From positions 4,832,001-4,896,000 of the forward strand of contig OZ245046.1 in the NCBI GenBank assembly GCA_965224245.1: a stretch of DNA of 64,000 bases, written 5' to 3'. This DNA comes from Candidatus Eiseniibacteriota bacterium (GTDB taxonomy: Bacteria > Eisenbacteria > RBG-16-71-46 > CAZAMP01). Under the pieces are notes generated by a model. The model was not told where the DNA came from. It saw nothing but the letters and a program-made list of their open reading frames with translations, and made no database searches. How positions within the stretch are numbered: position 1 is the stretch's first letter; each line of letters begins with the position of its first letter. Positions 40,007 to 50,012 of this stretch are shown here, piece by piece. Made by a program: the position numbers and the translations under genes.

Positions 40007-40984
40007 GTGAAACGCATCCACGTCCTGATCGCGGCCTGCGCCCTGGCCGTGTCGGCTCGAGCCGAACCGCCCCCACCCACCACGTTCTCCATCGTCGCCG
40101 CCGACCCGGCCGCCGGCGAGGTCGGGGTTGCGGTCGCCAGCCGGTTCTTCGCCGTGGGCACCGTCGTCCCACACGCGCGAGCCGACGTCGGCGCCGTGGC
40201 CACACAGTCCTTCGCCAACACGAGCTTCGGCCCGCGCGGGCTCGAGCTGCTGGCGGCCGGGGCCAGCCCGGAGGAGGTCCTAGCCATCCTGCTGCGAGCC
40301 GACGACGGCCGCGCCCAGCGCCAGGTCGGTGTCGTGTCCGCCGACGGGCAATCCGCCACGTTCACCGGCGACGCGTGTCTCGCGTGGGCCGGCGGCCGCA
40401 TCGGGGACGGCTACGCCGTGCAGGGCAACATCCTGGCGGGCGAGGCGGTCGTCGTCGAGATGGAGCGCGCGTTCCTGGAGAGCGCGGGCGAGCCGCTCGC
40501 CACGCGACTGTTCCGCGCGCTGGCCGCGGGCGACGCGGCCGGCGGAGATGCGCGCGGGAAGCAGTCCGCGGCGCTGGTCGTCGTTCGCGACTCGGCGGGC
40601 TACGGCGGATACACCGATCTCGCGGTGGACGTGCGCGTGGACGATCATCCCCGGCCGTTCGCCGAGCTCGAGCGTCTGCTCGGTCTCGCGCTCGTCAACG
40701 ATACGTGGAACCGGGGGTGGACCGCGTTCACCGAGAAGCGCTACGCGGAGGCGCTGGCGTGGCAGCGGAAGACGGCCGCCCTCGCCGAGTCCACGGGGTC
40801 GATGCTGCCCGAAGTGCTGTATGACCTCGCGGTCATCCAGGTCGCGAACGGGGACCTCGAGCCGGCGCGACGCTCGCTCGAGCGCGCGGTCTCGCTGAAC
40901 CCGAAGCTGGCCACGCAGGCCCGCGCCGACGCCGACCTGTCCGCGCTGGGCGACACGCTGGATCAGCTGCCCCAGGCGCCGTAG
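40007..40984 (+). CDS. DUF1028 (Ntn-hydrolase-like) exported protein with C-terminal TPR
   Basis: Signal peptide, TFSIVAADP, GVAVAS, GAVATQ, QGNIL, GGDARGKQSAAL, RVDDHPRP. Confidence 0.9.
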   Translation: MKRIHVLIAACALAVSARAEPPPPTTFSIVAADPAAGEVGVAVASRFFAVGTVVPHARADVGAVATQSFANTSFGPRGLELLAAGASPEEVLAILLRADDGRAQRQVGVVSADGQSATFTGDACLAWAGGRIGDGYAVQGNILAGEAVVVEMERAFLESAGEPLATRLFRALAAGDAAGGDARGKQSAALVVVRDSAGYGGYTDLAVDVRVDDHPRPFAELERLLGLALVNDTWNRGWTAFTEKRYAEALAWQRKTAALAESTGSMLPEVLYDLAVIQVANGDLEPARRSLERAVSLNPKLATQARADADLSALGDTLDQLPQAP

Positions 40985-41008
40985 TCGCCGGACCTGTCCG
41001 CGGTCGCG

Positions 41009-42064
41009 TCACTCGACGAGGCTCGTGTCGATCGGCAACACCGGGAGGCAGGCCCCGACGGGCGGGCGATAGTCGCCACGCACCATCAGATTGACGAGGT
41101 GCGAGACCCGGAAGCCGATTCCGAGGAGCGACCGGATCAGCTCGCTGTGCGACGTCGGCGCGAAGACGGCGACCGCATCGTGAGGATGCACGCATCGATC
41201 GGCCAGGCCGACGATGATCGACACCAGCGTGTGACAGTCGTTCGCCCACCCCGGGCCGATCACCCAGACACCGGTCCCGTGGAACGCACAGGCGAAGCCG
41301 TACGCGCCGTCGGGCGGATCCAGGATGACGCCGCGCGCGCGAGCGGCGAGCCGCTCGATCAGCACCGAGCGGTCCACGCCGATCGCCGCGGTGTCGAGCG
41401 CCCCGATGAGCGTGAGATCGGATCGGGCCGACGACGCGGGCGTCGAGGCGACGGTGTCGTCGCCGGCCCCGGCCGAGAGATCCGCGTCCCGGAGTGATGG
41501 CGCGGCGTTCGCCGCCGCCGGGCTGCGCACCTCCGACTCCCGCGCGCCGACCCCGGTCTCGCCGGACGCCGCCGTCTCGTGGATGAAGGGTCGATGGAAG
41601 GGACTGGCGTACGGACCTCCGGGTCCGGTCACGAGCAACGCCAGCGTCTCGCGAACGTCGAATCCCGCGCGGGCGTACAGCCGGTAGCTGATCGGGTTGA
41701 ACGAATCCTGAAGCAGCCGTGCGCTCCGGTCGCCCACGCTCAGCAGGATCTCGTTCAGGAGTCGGCGTCCATGGCCGCGTCCCTGCACGTCCGGGTCTAT
41801 CGCCACCGGACCGATGAACGCTGCCTCGGGCGAGAGCTGCGTGAAGCTGACACCCAGCGCCTGCCCGGCCGGGCCCTCCAGGATGAGGCCGCCGGACGGA
41901 TCCGAGGCGAGCGCGGCCGCCGCGAGCGCCGCCCCGCTGCGACTGTCGGTCACCGGCTCGGGGTAGCCGTAGCGTCGAAAGCTCCGCGAGAAGGCCCGGT
42001 AGATGATGCGTCCGGCGATCTCGAGATCGCCGGGCTCGAGCGGCCGGATCGTACAGTGTGTCAC
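41009..42064 (-). CDS. GNAT-family acetyltransferase
   Basis: IRPLEPGD, VAIDPDVQGRGHGRRLL, LYARAGF; AAGGA before GTG 42064. Confidence 0.8.
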   Translation of the reverse strand: MTHCTIRPLEPGDLEIAGRIIYRAFSRSFRRYGYPEPVTDSRSGAALAAAALASDPSGGLILEGPAGQALGVSFTQLSPEAAFIGPVAIDPDVQGRGHGRRLLNEILLSVGDRSARLLQDSFNPISYRLYARAGFDVRETLALLVTGPGGPYASPFHRPFIHETAASGETGVGARESEVRSPAAANAAPSLRDADLSAGAGDDTVASTPASSARSDLTLIGALDTAAIGVDRSVLIERLAARARGVILDPPDGAYGFACAFHGTGVWVIGPGWANDCHTLVSIIVGLADRCVHPHDAVAVFAPTSHSELIRSLLGIGFRVSHLVNLMVRGDYRPPVGACLPVLPIDTSLVE

Positions 42065-42230
42065 GCGCCGGTCCTTGCTGATTGCCAGGCGCGCGCCCGA
42101 GGCGTGGACAGCGCTGCCGACGCGGCGCGCACCGAGGGGCGCGAGCATCGTACCCAGCGGCCGGCGCGGGTTCAAACGGGTTGGCGTTGCGCCGAACGCC
42201 TCAGTGCCATGCGGTCGAGGCTGGCCCGGG

Positions 42231-43169
42231 TCAGTCCGTCCCCGAGTCGGCGCCGCCGTCATCGTCGCCGGTCGCCGGGGAGAGGTCGACCGGCGGCGGC
42301 GTCTTGCAGAAGAGCTGATGTATCGGCTTCCACATGGGAGTGCCGGCATCGCCGCTCCGCTCGAACGTGATCAGGCAGCGCTCGGCGATCAGCACGTCCC
42401 CCGGGCCCATGCCGGAGCCGAAACGCTCGAGGCTGACGTGCGCGATCCGCCCGTCGGTGCTGGACAGACACGCGCGGATGCCGAGCGGGCCGCCTCCGCC
42501 GGCTGGCACGGTCGGGGCATGCCCGACCTCGAGGCTCACCTCGTCGGAGAGCCGAACGTGCGTCGCGCTCCCGCCCGTCACCTCGAATGTGACCCCGCCG
42601 TCGGCCGCGAGCGCGAGGAGCAGGGGGAGGCGATCCGGCGCGATCGCCGTCGCCAACGCGAGCGAATAGAGCGCCTCCTGATCCTCGGTCGAGAGCGTCG
42701 CGTCCGGTGCGTCGTCGCACGTCACCCGCACGGCGCGGATCGGCAGCGGCACCTTGATCGGGCGCGGCAGGACGACCCGGGGCAGGAACGCGGTGACCGT
42801 GCATCCCTGTCTCACGCTCACCCGGTGGGTGCCGCCCGGAACGCCGCGCAGCACGAAGTCGCCGCGCGCGTCCGTCTGGGCGACGTGCTCGGTGCCCTCT
42901 ATCGAGACGATCGCGCCGGACACCGACCGATCGAACTGGTCGATCACGAAGCCCCGGAGGTCGTACGTGCGGGAGGCGGCGTCGGCCGGGCCGGTCGGCG
43001 CCGCGGCCGCGGCGAGCATGGCGCTCACGGCGATCCCGGGGATCATGCGGATCGCGGCGATCAGGCGAATCGCCGCCCACACCGCATGCGACGGCTCACC
43101 GCGCGCGAGGCGGGCCCGCCGACCGCCGAGATCAGGACGACGATCGAGAGAACGGCCGCCGTGCTTCAT
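42231..43169 (-). CDS. Exported protein with carboxypeptidase-regulatory-like (transthyretin-type) domain
   Basis: LRGFVID...VSGAIVSIEGT...TDARGDFVLRGVPGGTH.V; GGAGG RBS; start uncertain. Confidence 0.6.
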   Translation of the reverse strand: MKHGGRSLDRRPDLGGRRARLARGEPSHAVWAAIRLIAAIRMIPGIAVSAMLAAAAAPTGPADAASRTYDLRGFVIDQFDRSVSGAIVSIEGTEHVAQTDARGDFVLRGVPGGTHRVSVRQGCTVTAFLPRVVLPRPIKVPLPIRAVRVTCDDAPDATLSTEDQEALYSLALATAIAPDRLPLLLALAADGGVTFEVTGGSATHVRLSDEVSLEVGHAPTVPAGGGGPLGIRACLSSTDGRIAHVSLERFGSGMGPGDVLIAERCLITFERSGDAGTPMWKPIHQLFCKTPPPVDLSPATGDDDGGADSGTD

Positions 43170-43202
43170 CTGCACCCACCTCCCGCATTTCGGTCCGGGC
43201 CG

Positions 43203-45470
43203 TCATGGGCCCACGAAGATCACCTTGCTGTGTGCCGTCAGCTCGGATGTCGAAAGCCGGACGAAGTACACGCCCGCAGCCAGACGGCGTCCATCCGATC
43301 CCGTTCGATCGAAGGGTACACGATGCGTGCCGGCCGGGAGCACCGCCGGGACGAGCTCACGCAGCCGCCGGCCCGCGGTCGTGTACACCCCGACCCGCGC
43401 CGTGATGCTCCGATCGGTGGTCACGACGACGGTGGCCGGCCCACGCGCGGGCATCGGGTCGACGCGTACCGACACGACCGGGAGTCCGACCCCCGGCGCG
43501 GCTCCCGCCGGGGGCGCCGCGCCCGACTCCGGCGATTCCAGGCGCCAGGTGGTCAGGAGATCCGAGGACGCCGGACGGCGGCGCCCACTCGCCCGGACCT
43601 CGACCGGCTTGGCGAGCGTCCGGCCCGGATCGTCGGGATAGCTCACGAGGAGTCCCACCGTCGTCGCCAGTGTGTCGCCGGCAACGACGAGCGTCAGCGC
43701 TCCGTGCAGGGTCGCGCCGCCCGACGCGCCGGGCCCCATGGATCCGACGAGATCCAGCGACGTCACCGCGTCGACGTCGAACGTCAGCGTGTCGACGCTG
43801 CCGGTGACGTCGAGGGCCACCGCGCTCGGCGAGGACGTCGTCATCGAGGCGATGCCGGACAGCCGCCCGGCCCCGCCCGCATCCACGTCGATCGCGGTGA
43901 TGATCCGGCCGGCGTCGGGGGTCCAGAGCCCGTCGCCGCTGACCGGCCAGGCGAGGAGCACGTGCGACAGCGCGGCGATGAGCTCCGCCCCGCCGATCGT
44001 GACGCCGACCGGCAACGAGGCCGCGGCGGCGACGCGCCAGGCGACGCCGTCGTCGCCGCTCCCGGCGCCGGTCACGTCGATCGTGACCACGTCGTCGACG
44101 CGACCGAAGACCACGTCGGGATCTCCGTCACGCGCATCCGACCAGAGGCCGTACACGGCGTGATCCCCGACCGCGTGCGCGACGTAGTCGCCGAAGTTCG
44201 GGACCATGTCGGCGGGCACCCCCTCCCAGGGAGCCGCCACGCTCGATGCCGGACGATTGGGGCCGAACGACGCGCCGCCGTCGAGAGACTGCGCCACCAT
44301 GACCTCGCACGCGCTGACGTCGGCGAGGTCGCGCCGACGGTCGTACCAGAGCACGCTCACGCGGCCGTCGTCACCCACGTCCACGCGTGGCCAGAACGAC
44401 TCGGTGGGGTCGGCGTTGTCGTTCACGCGAACCGGCTCGCCCCACGTGATGCCGCCGTCGGCCGACGCCGAGACCCACACGTCGAAGTGCCCGGCCTGGC
44501 CGTCGGACCACGCCACGTACACGACCCCACGATGCGGACCGCCGGAGCGATCGACGGCCAGCGACGCGAACGTCGGGCCCACGGGTCGATCGAAGCCACG
44601 CGGCGGATCGTGCGAGCGGGGTCCGAGCGTGGCGACCGCCGTGGCCGGCCCGACCCACTGTGCGCCGACGAGGCACCGGGACCAGATCGTGCCGCCGCCC
44701 TCCCCGATCGGATCGGTCCACACGACGTGAACCTCGCCCAGGGGGCCCTCGGCCAGCGCGATGCCGTTGGCCCGGCTGCTCTCGAAGATCGTGAGCGGAT
44801 CGGTCCACGTCTCGCCGCCGTCCGTGGAGCGGCACAGCTCGCCGCGGTTCTGGCTCCAGTTGACGTATCCCAGGTGGACGTCCCCCGACGCGGACGCCAT
44901 CAGCGCCGGCTTGTCGAGGTACTCGCCGCCGTTCCGGACGAACGTGTGGGTGTCGCCCCAGACGCCGCCGCCCGGGATCGGCGTGAGCCGGGCCAGGGCG
45001 ATGCCGTCGTCGTTGCCCAGATCGACGCAGGCGATGAGAAACTCGCCCGTTGCGAGGGCCACGACCGCGGGGTCGCCCATCACGTCGGTGTCGGGGCCCT
45101 GCGGCACGGCCCCCAGATCGGTCCACGTCGTGCCGCCGTCGAGCGAGACGCCGACCCCGGTCAGGGCCTCGGGACCCAGAAACCCCGCCGCGTCGTTCCA
45201 CACGGCGACCATCGTGTCACCGGCGACGGCGAGGCTCGTCTCGGATTGCACGCGTCCGGGCGGGTCGCCGGCTCGGTGGTTGACCATCACGTTCCAGGGA
45301 CGGCCGGCGCCCGCGTGTGTGCGCTCGCCGGCATCGCGATCGGCCGCCCAGGCGGTGCGCGGCGCCGCGCGGATCGGGGGATCGAGCACGGGCGACCGGG
45401 GGTGTGGGGCCACCAGGGGCGTCAGGACGAACCAGCACAGGGCGCTCGACGAGAGCATGTCACGCTCCAT
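43203..45470 (-). CDS. Secreted sialidase-like/BNR (Asp-box) protein with T9SS/FlgD-type C-terminal domain
   Basis: SLDGGTTW, STDGGETW, SADGGITW, SLDGGASF Asp-boxes; GDY motif; tail GRRLAAGVYFVRL. Confidence 0.8.
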   Translation of the reverse strand: MERDMLSSSALCWFVLTPLVAPHPRSPVLDPPIRAAPRTAWAADRDAGERTHAGAGRPWNVMVNHRAGDPPGRVQSETSLAVAGDTMVAVWNDAAGFLGPEALTGVGVSLDGGTTWTDLGAVPQGPDTDVMGDPAVVALATGEFLIACVDLGNDDGIALARLTPIPGGGVWGDTHTFVRNGGEYLDKPALMASASGDVHLGYVNWSQNRGELCRSTDGGETWTDPLTIFESSRANGIALAEGPLGEVHVVWTDPIGEGGGTIWSRCLVGAQWVGPATAVATLGPRSHDPPRGFDRPVGPTFASLAVDRSGGPHRGVVYVAWSDGQAGHFDVWVSASADGGITWGEPVRVNDNADPTESFWPRVDVGDDGRVSVLWYDRRRDLADVSACEVMVAQSLDGGASFGPNRPASSVAAPWEGVPADMVPNFGDYVAHAVGDHAVYGLWSDARDGDPDVVFGRVDDVVTIDVTGAGSGDDGVAWRVAAAASLPVGVTIGGAELIAALSHVLLAWPVSGDGLWTPDAGRIITAIDVDAGGAGRLSGIASMTTSSPSAVALDVTGSVDTLTFDVDAVTSLDLVGSMGPGASGGATLHGALTLVVAGDTLATTVGLLVSYPDDPGRTLAKPVEVRASGRRRPASSDLLTTWRLESPESGAAPPAGAAPGVGLPVVSVRVDPMPARGPATVVVTTDRSITARVGVYTTAGRRLRELVPAVLPAGTHRVPFDRTGSDGRRLAAGVYFVRLSTSELTAHSKVIFVGP

Positions 45471-45635
45471 TGGGGAGAGCGTGTCTGCCCGGGGACGCTA
45501 GGCGGGGGGCGGAGGATTGCAAACACCGCCCCGCCGGTCCAGCGATTTCGCGATTTCCGGGAGACGGTGAACGCGTCCTTCCCGCATCTGTCATTCCCGT
45601 TGCGCGATTCGCGCAGAGGGTGCAGGCTTGTCGGC

Positions 45636-45971
45636 ATGCGAACGACCCATGGACTCCTGGCGGCGATCGTCCTCCAGATCGCACTCGTCGCTCTGCAGCC
45701 GGCGCTCCTGGTTGCCGCGCTGGACGCGCATCTACACCACGGCGGTCATCATGCCGCCAGGGTCTCCCTCGACGACGCGTCGAGCCACGCCGGCCACGTT
45801 CCGTGCGCACTGTGCTCTCAGCCCTGCTCGTCACCGTGCGCACTGACCGTCGAACGCGGACTCGCCGACTGTTCGACGCTCGTCGATGGACCCGACCCGG
45901 CGCCGGAGGTCGTCTCGTCGAGCATTGCCCGCACCGCGCGCTCGCGGGCGCCCCCGCCCCCCATCGCCTGA
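45636..45971 (+). CDS. DUF2946-like CxxC/RAPP leader peptide
   Basis: Signal-like N-terminus, His-rich HLHHGGHH, CALC, C-terminal SRAPPPPIA; directly upstream of a metal uptake operon. Confidence 0.8.
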   Translation: MRTTHGLLAAIVLQIALVALQPALLVAALDAHLHHGGHHAARVSLDDASSHAGHVPCALCSQPCSSPCALTVERGLADCSTLVDGPDPAPEVVSSSIARTARSRAPPPPIA

Positions 45972-46068
45972 GCGTCCGGCCCCGCGCCGCGCCGCTCCCC
46001 CGTAACCACGACAACCCGTAGCACCCCGGGCGGCCCGCCGGCCGACCCGGGACGAGAAGGGGCGTGCG

Positions 46069-47190
46069 ATGCAGTTTCTCTTCCGCGCGACGCGGACCGC
46101 CACCGCGTTCGCGATGCTTCTGACCGGGCTCGCTCAGACCACGAGCGCCGCCGGAAACCCGGCGATCTCCGTGCTCGGAGATCTGCGCGCCAAATGGTCG
46201 AACGAGTCGGACACCGAGGCCGATCTCCACGAGCTCGAGATCGGCGTCGTCGGTCCACTCAATCCTTACGCCAGAGCCGAGGTGTACCTCGCGATCCACG
46301 ACGGCGAGTCCATCGAGGTCGAGGAGGCCAGGATCCATCTGGATCGATACCTCCCGGCCGGGCTGTCGCTGATGCTGGGACGCTCGCTGATCGACGTCGG
46401 GCGTCTCAACCGAACCCACCCGCACGCGTACCCGTTCGTGGACCGGCCGCTGATGCACGAGCGGTTCTTCGGATCCGACGGCGCGGTGGACGTCGGCGCA
46501 CGGCTGGAGTGGCTCGCCCCCCTCGACGCGATCGCCACCACGGCGTCGGTCGGTGTCGTCCGGGGCGACGTGTTCCTGGGCGGACACGAGCACGACGCCG
46601 ACGTGGAGGCGGACGACGCCGCGGACGCGACGGGCCCCCACGCCGAGGAGGAGCCCGAGTTCGGCGTGACCGGTCGCGTCGAGCTCTTCCTCGAGGCGTC
46701 GGCCGACCTGTCCGTCGCTCTGGGCGGCTCGTTCCTGACCGGTGAGATCGAGCCCGACGCCGGCACCCGGGCCGTGTGGTTCGGGCCCGACCTCGTGATG
46801 AAGCTCGATCTCGGCCCCACGCGCCGACTCGTCGTGAACGTGGAGGCACTGTTCGCGTCGATCGACGACATGGAGACGTCGCTCGAGCGTGTCGGGGTGC
46901 ACAGGTCCTCCGGCATGCGCGGCGATCCCGGCGGCGTCTTCGCCGCGGCGGATCTCCGGACATCGAAACGCTGGAACCTGGGTATGTTCGGAGAGTCGGC
47001 CACGGGGCGACTCCACGACGCGGACCGCACCACGCGCGTCGGCGCCTTCGTCGGTCTGTCCCTGATGGAGGAGACGACCGTGTTTCGTCTGCTGGCCCGG
47101 CACACCGATCCCGACGCCGGCGACGGTGAGAACGAGCTCGTGTTCCAGGCCCTCTTTGGGCTGGGTCCGCACTCACCCCACAGGTACTGA
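46069..47190 (+). CDS. Outer-membrane beta-barrel associated with Zn/Mn uptake
   Basis: Signal peptide, EVEEA, GRLNRTHPHAYPFVDRP, His/acidic loop, terminal GPHSPHRY. Confidence 0.75.
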   Translation: MQFLFRATRTATAFAMLLTGLAQTTSAAGNPAISVLGDLRAKWSNESDTEADLHELEIGVVGPLNPYARAEVYLAIHDGESIEVEEARIHLDRYLPAGLSLMLGRSLIDVGRLNRTHPHAYPFVDRPLMHERFFGSDGAVDVGARLEWLAPLDAIATTASVGVVRGDVFLGGHEHDADVEADDAADATGPHAEEEPEFGVTGRVELFLEASADLSVALGGSFLTGEIEPDAGTRAVWFGPDLVMKLDLGPTRRLVVNVEALFASIDDMETSLERVGVHRSSGMRGDPGGVFAAADLRTSKRWNLGMFGESATGRLHDADRTTRVGAFVGLSLMEETTVFRLLARHTDPDAGDGENELVFQALFGLGPHSPHRY

Positions 47191-47192
47191 CC

Positions 47193-48110
47193 ATGAACAC
47201 GCCCATGCATCCGCCACGTGCGTCCCGGCTGCTCGGGGTCGTTCTGGCCACGCTCGTGGCCATGCTCGGCGCCGGCGCCGCCGAGGCACGCGTGCGCGTC
47301 GTGGCCGCGATCACCGACCTCGGCGCGATCGCCGAGGCCGTCGGCGGCGATCACGTCGAGATCGAGGTCGTGGCTCGACCGGATCGCAATCCGCACGCCG
47401 TCGAGATCCGGCCCAGCACGATGCGGAAGACCGCGCGCGCCGACGTGTATCTCGAGGCGGGGCTGTCGCTCGATCCCTGGTCCCGCGGGATCATCGACGG
47501 CTCGCGAAACCGCGAACTCGTCGTCGTGGACTGCTCGTCGGCCATCGTGCCCCTGGAGGTACCCACCGGGCCGGTCGACGCGTCGATGGGCGACGTGCAC
47601 CCCGACGGCAATCCACATTACTGGCTGGATCCGGTGAACGGCGTCGCGGTGGCGCGTCACGTCGCAGAGGTGTTCGCCACGCACGACGCCGCGCACGCGG
47701 CGACGTACCGCACGAACGCCGACGCGTTCGCGACGCGGATCGCGGCGGCCTCCAGCCGATGGTCCGAGATGCTGGCGGGCCGGTCGTTCATCGAGTACCA
47801 CCGCACGTGGGTGTACTTCGCCACCCGCTTCGGCATGACGATCGCCGACACCGTGGAGCCGTTCCCGGGAATACCCCCGAGCGCGCGTCACCTGGCGGCG
47901 CTCGTCGAGCGCATTCGCGCGGACGCGATCTCGCGGGTGGTCTACGACGTCTATCACGACCCGGGTCCGGTGGAGTTCCTGGCGCGCGAGACGGGCGTGG
48001 TCACGACGCGACTCACGTCGATGTGCGCCCGGCCCACCGCGGAGTCGTACCTCGAGAATCTCGAGCGTGCGGCCACCGCGTTCGGTGTCGCCGATGCGGA
48101 GACACCATGA
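47193..48110 (+). CDS. Metal ABC transporter substrate-binding protein (ZnuA/TroA family)
   Basis: NPHAVEIRP, GDVHPDGNPHYWLDP, YHRTWVYF, PGIPPSARHL. Confidence 0.93.
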   Translation: MNTPMHPPRASRLLGVVLATLVAMLGAGAAEARVRVVAAITDLGAIAEAVGGDHVEIEVVARPDRNPHAVEIRPSTMRKTARADVYLEAGLSLDPWSRGIIDGSRNRELVVVDCSSAIVPLEVPTGPVDASMGDVHPDGNPHYWLDPVNGVAVARHVAEVFATHDAAHAATYRTNADAFATRIAAASSRWSEMLAGRSFIEYHRTWVYFATRFGMTIADTVEPFPGIPPSARHLAALVERIRADAISRVVYDVYHDPGPVEFLARETGVVTTRLTSMCARPTAESYLENLERAATAFGVADAETP

Positions 48111-48925
48111 GCGGCGGGTGGCTCACCGAGCCGTGGACGTACCCGTTCATGCGCTGGGCGCTTCTTGCGTGTCTCGTGCTCGCCGGCATTCACGCGTATC
48201 TCGGGTTCCACGTGGTGCGCCGGGGCGTGCTGTTCGTGGACCTGGCGATGGCGCAGATGGCGGCGCTCGGGTCGGCGGTCGGCGTCGTGCTCGACATCGA
48301 GCATGGCACGGCGGCCGAGTACGCGATCTCGCTCGGGTTCGCACTGGCCGCGGCCGCCCTGTTCGCCTCGATCCGGGGACGTCGCATCCCGGCCGAGGCC
48401 ATCATCGCGGCGGTCTACGGGCTCGCGTCCGCCGCCACGTTCGTCGTGCTCGAGCACTCGCCGCACGGCATGGACGAGGTGAAGCACCTCCTCGTCGGTC
48501 AGGTGCTGACGGTCGCGCCGGCGAAGGTCCTGACGACGACGATCGTGTACGCGGTGATCGGGATGGTCTTCATCCGGTTGCACGCACGCTTCCTGGCCGC
48601 GAGCGACGGACGGGACGTGACACATCCGAAGTGGACCGAGTTCGCGTTCTTCGCGGCGTTCTCCGTGGTGGTGACGAGCTCGGTCTCGATGGTCGGGGTG
48701 CTGCTCGTGTTCAGCTTCCTGGTGTTGCCGGCGATCGGAGGCGCGTTGATCGCGCGGCCGCCGGCGCGCCAGCTCGCGGTCGGGTGGTCGCTGGCACTGG
48801 CCTCGGCGTTCGTGGGGCTTCACGCCGCGTTCCACCTGGATTCGCCGGCGGCGCCCATCATCTCGCTCACGCTGGGGGCGATGCTCGTGGTGACGTCGGT
48901 GCTCGCGTCGCGCCGGCGGGCGTGA
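48107..48925 (+). CDS. Metal ABC transporter permease (ZnuB/ABC-3 family)
   Basis: YLGFHVVRRGVLFVDLAMAQ, GVLLVFSFLVLPA; ATGA overlap with the SBP gene. Confidence 0.9.
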   Translation: MSGGWLTEPWTYPFMRWALLACLVLAGIHAYLGFHVVRRGVLFVDLAMAQMAALGSAVGVVLDIEHGTAAEYAISLGFALAAAALFASIRGRRIPAEAIIAAVYGLASAATFVVLEHSPHGMDEVKHLLVGQVLTVAPAKVLTTTIVYAVIGMVFIRLHARFLAASDGRDVTHPKWTEFAFFAAFSVVVTSSVSMVGVLLVFSFLVLPAIGGALIARPPARQLAVGWSLALASAFVGLHAAFHLDSPAAPIISLTLGAMLVVTSVLASRRRA

Positions 48926-48941
48926 CGCCGGTGCCGGAGCG

Positions 48942-49181
48942 TCAGCGGCCGCCGCGCTCGCGGAGGATGCGCGCCTCGAGCTCGCGCAGGAGCGCCTCGT
49001 CGAAGCGCTGATCGTCGGCCAGGCGCCGGAACGCGGCGCCGATCCGGCGAATCTGCTGGGCGTAGCGGCGACACCCGGGGCACAGCGCCAGATGCAGGCG
49101 CGCCTCGAACCGCCTCATCTTGCCGAGGTCGCCGAACCCCTCCTCGGCGACGAGTCGAACCAGATCTCGACAGGTCAACAT
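48942..49181 (-). CDS. Small soluble zf-HC2 anti-sigma factor
   Basis: MLTC...HLALCPGCRRY (HxxxCxxC) directly downstream of an ECF sigma. Confidence 0.88.
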   Translation of the reverse strand: MLTCRDLVRLVAEEGFGDLGKMRRFEARLHLALCPGCRRYAQQIRRIGAAFRRLADDQRFDEALLRELEARILRERGGR

Positions 49182-49187
49182 GTCACG

Positions 49188-49778
49188 TCAGCTCAGCCCC
49201 ACGCCCTTGCCTTCGAGGCACTCGCGCATCCGGTTGCGCGCACGAAAAAGTAGCACACCCAGGTTGGTGACGCTGACCTCCAGAACCTTACAGAGCTCGT
49301 CGGTGGAGAGACCCTGAACCTCCCGTAAGAGCAGGGCCAGACGCTGGTTCCGGGACACGCCGTTCAGGCAGTCCTCGATCTCGGCCCGGACCTCGGCCCG
49401 CTCCAGATCCAGATCGACCGCCTTGGGCCCCGTGCTCCAGCGTCCGCGGGCGTTGAATCGCGTCTCCACCACGTCGTCGATGTCGTCGTGCTCCCTCTCG
49501 CGCTTCACCGCGCGGTAGGTCTCCTGGATCTTTCGATAGAGGATACCGAACAGGAACGTGCGCACGTGCGAGCGACCCTCGAACTCCGGTAGCTTCTCGA
49601 GAAACGTGATGAACGTGTTCTGGGTGGTGTCGCGCGCGTCGTCCTCGGAGAGCCCTGCGCCGCGCGCGGCGCGCAGCACCTGCGGCAGGTAGGTGCGGAC
49701 GACGTCGCGGACCGCCGCCTCGTCACCGTTTCGCAGCTTCTCGACGAACTCGGGCCCAGCGAACGATCGCGCGGTCAT
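49188..49778 (-). CDS. ECF RNA polymerase sigma factor
   Basis: DARDTTQNTF, FEGRSHVRTFLFGI, region 4 LREVQGLSTDELC..LLFRAR. Confidence 0.92.
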   Translation of the reverse strand: MTARSFAGPEFVEKLRNGDEAAVRDVVRTYLPQVLRAARGAGLSEDDARDTTQNTFITFLEKLPEFEGRSHVRTFLFGILYRKIQETYRAVKREREHDDIDDVVETRFNARGRWSTGPKAVDLDLERAEVRAEIEDCLNGVSRNQRLALLLREVQGLSTDELCKVLEVSVTNLGVLLFRARNRMRECLEGKGVGLS

Positions 49779-50012
49779 TGGACTCTTCCCGTGCTGTGGC
49801 GGCGGGGGCGGGCGGCCGCCAGGTCGCGCATGTCTTGACGCTGCAACGACTCTGCTGGTCTGATACCCCCATGGGGCGCCGGTGGATCCAGCAGCCCGAT
49901 CGTGCGCTCCCCGGCGTCTGGAAACAAGGTCAGACCGATCACCTTTTCGTCACGTCGTGCTCACGCGCGCGCGACCGTGAAACGTGAGACCCCAGCCTGC
50001 GAGGTGCGCGCC

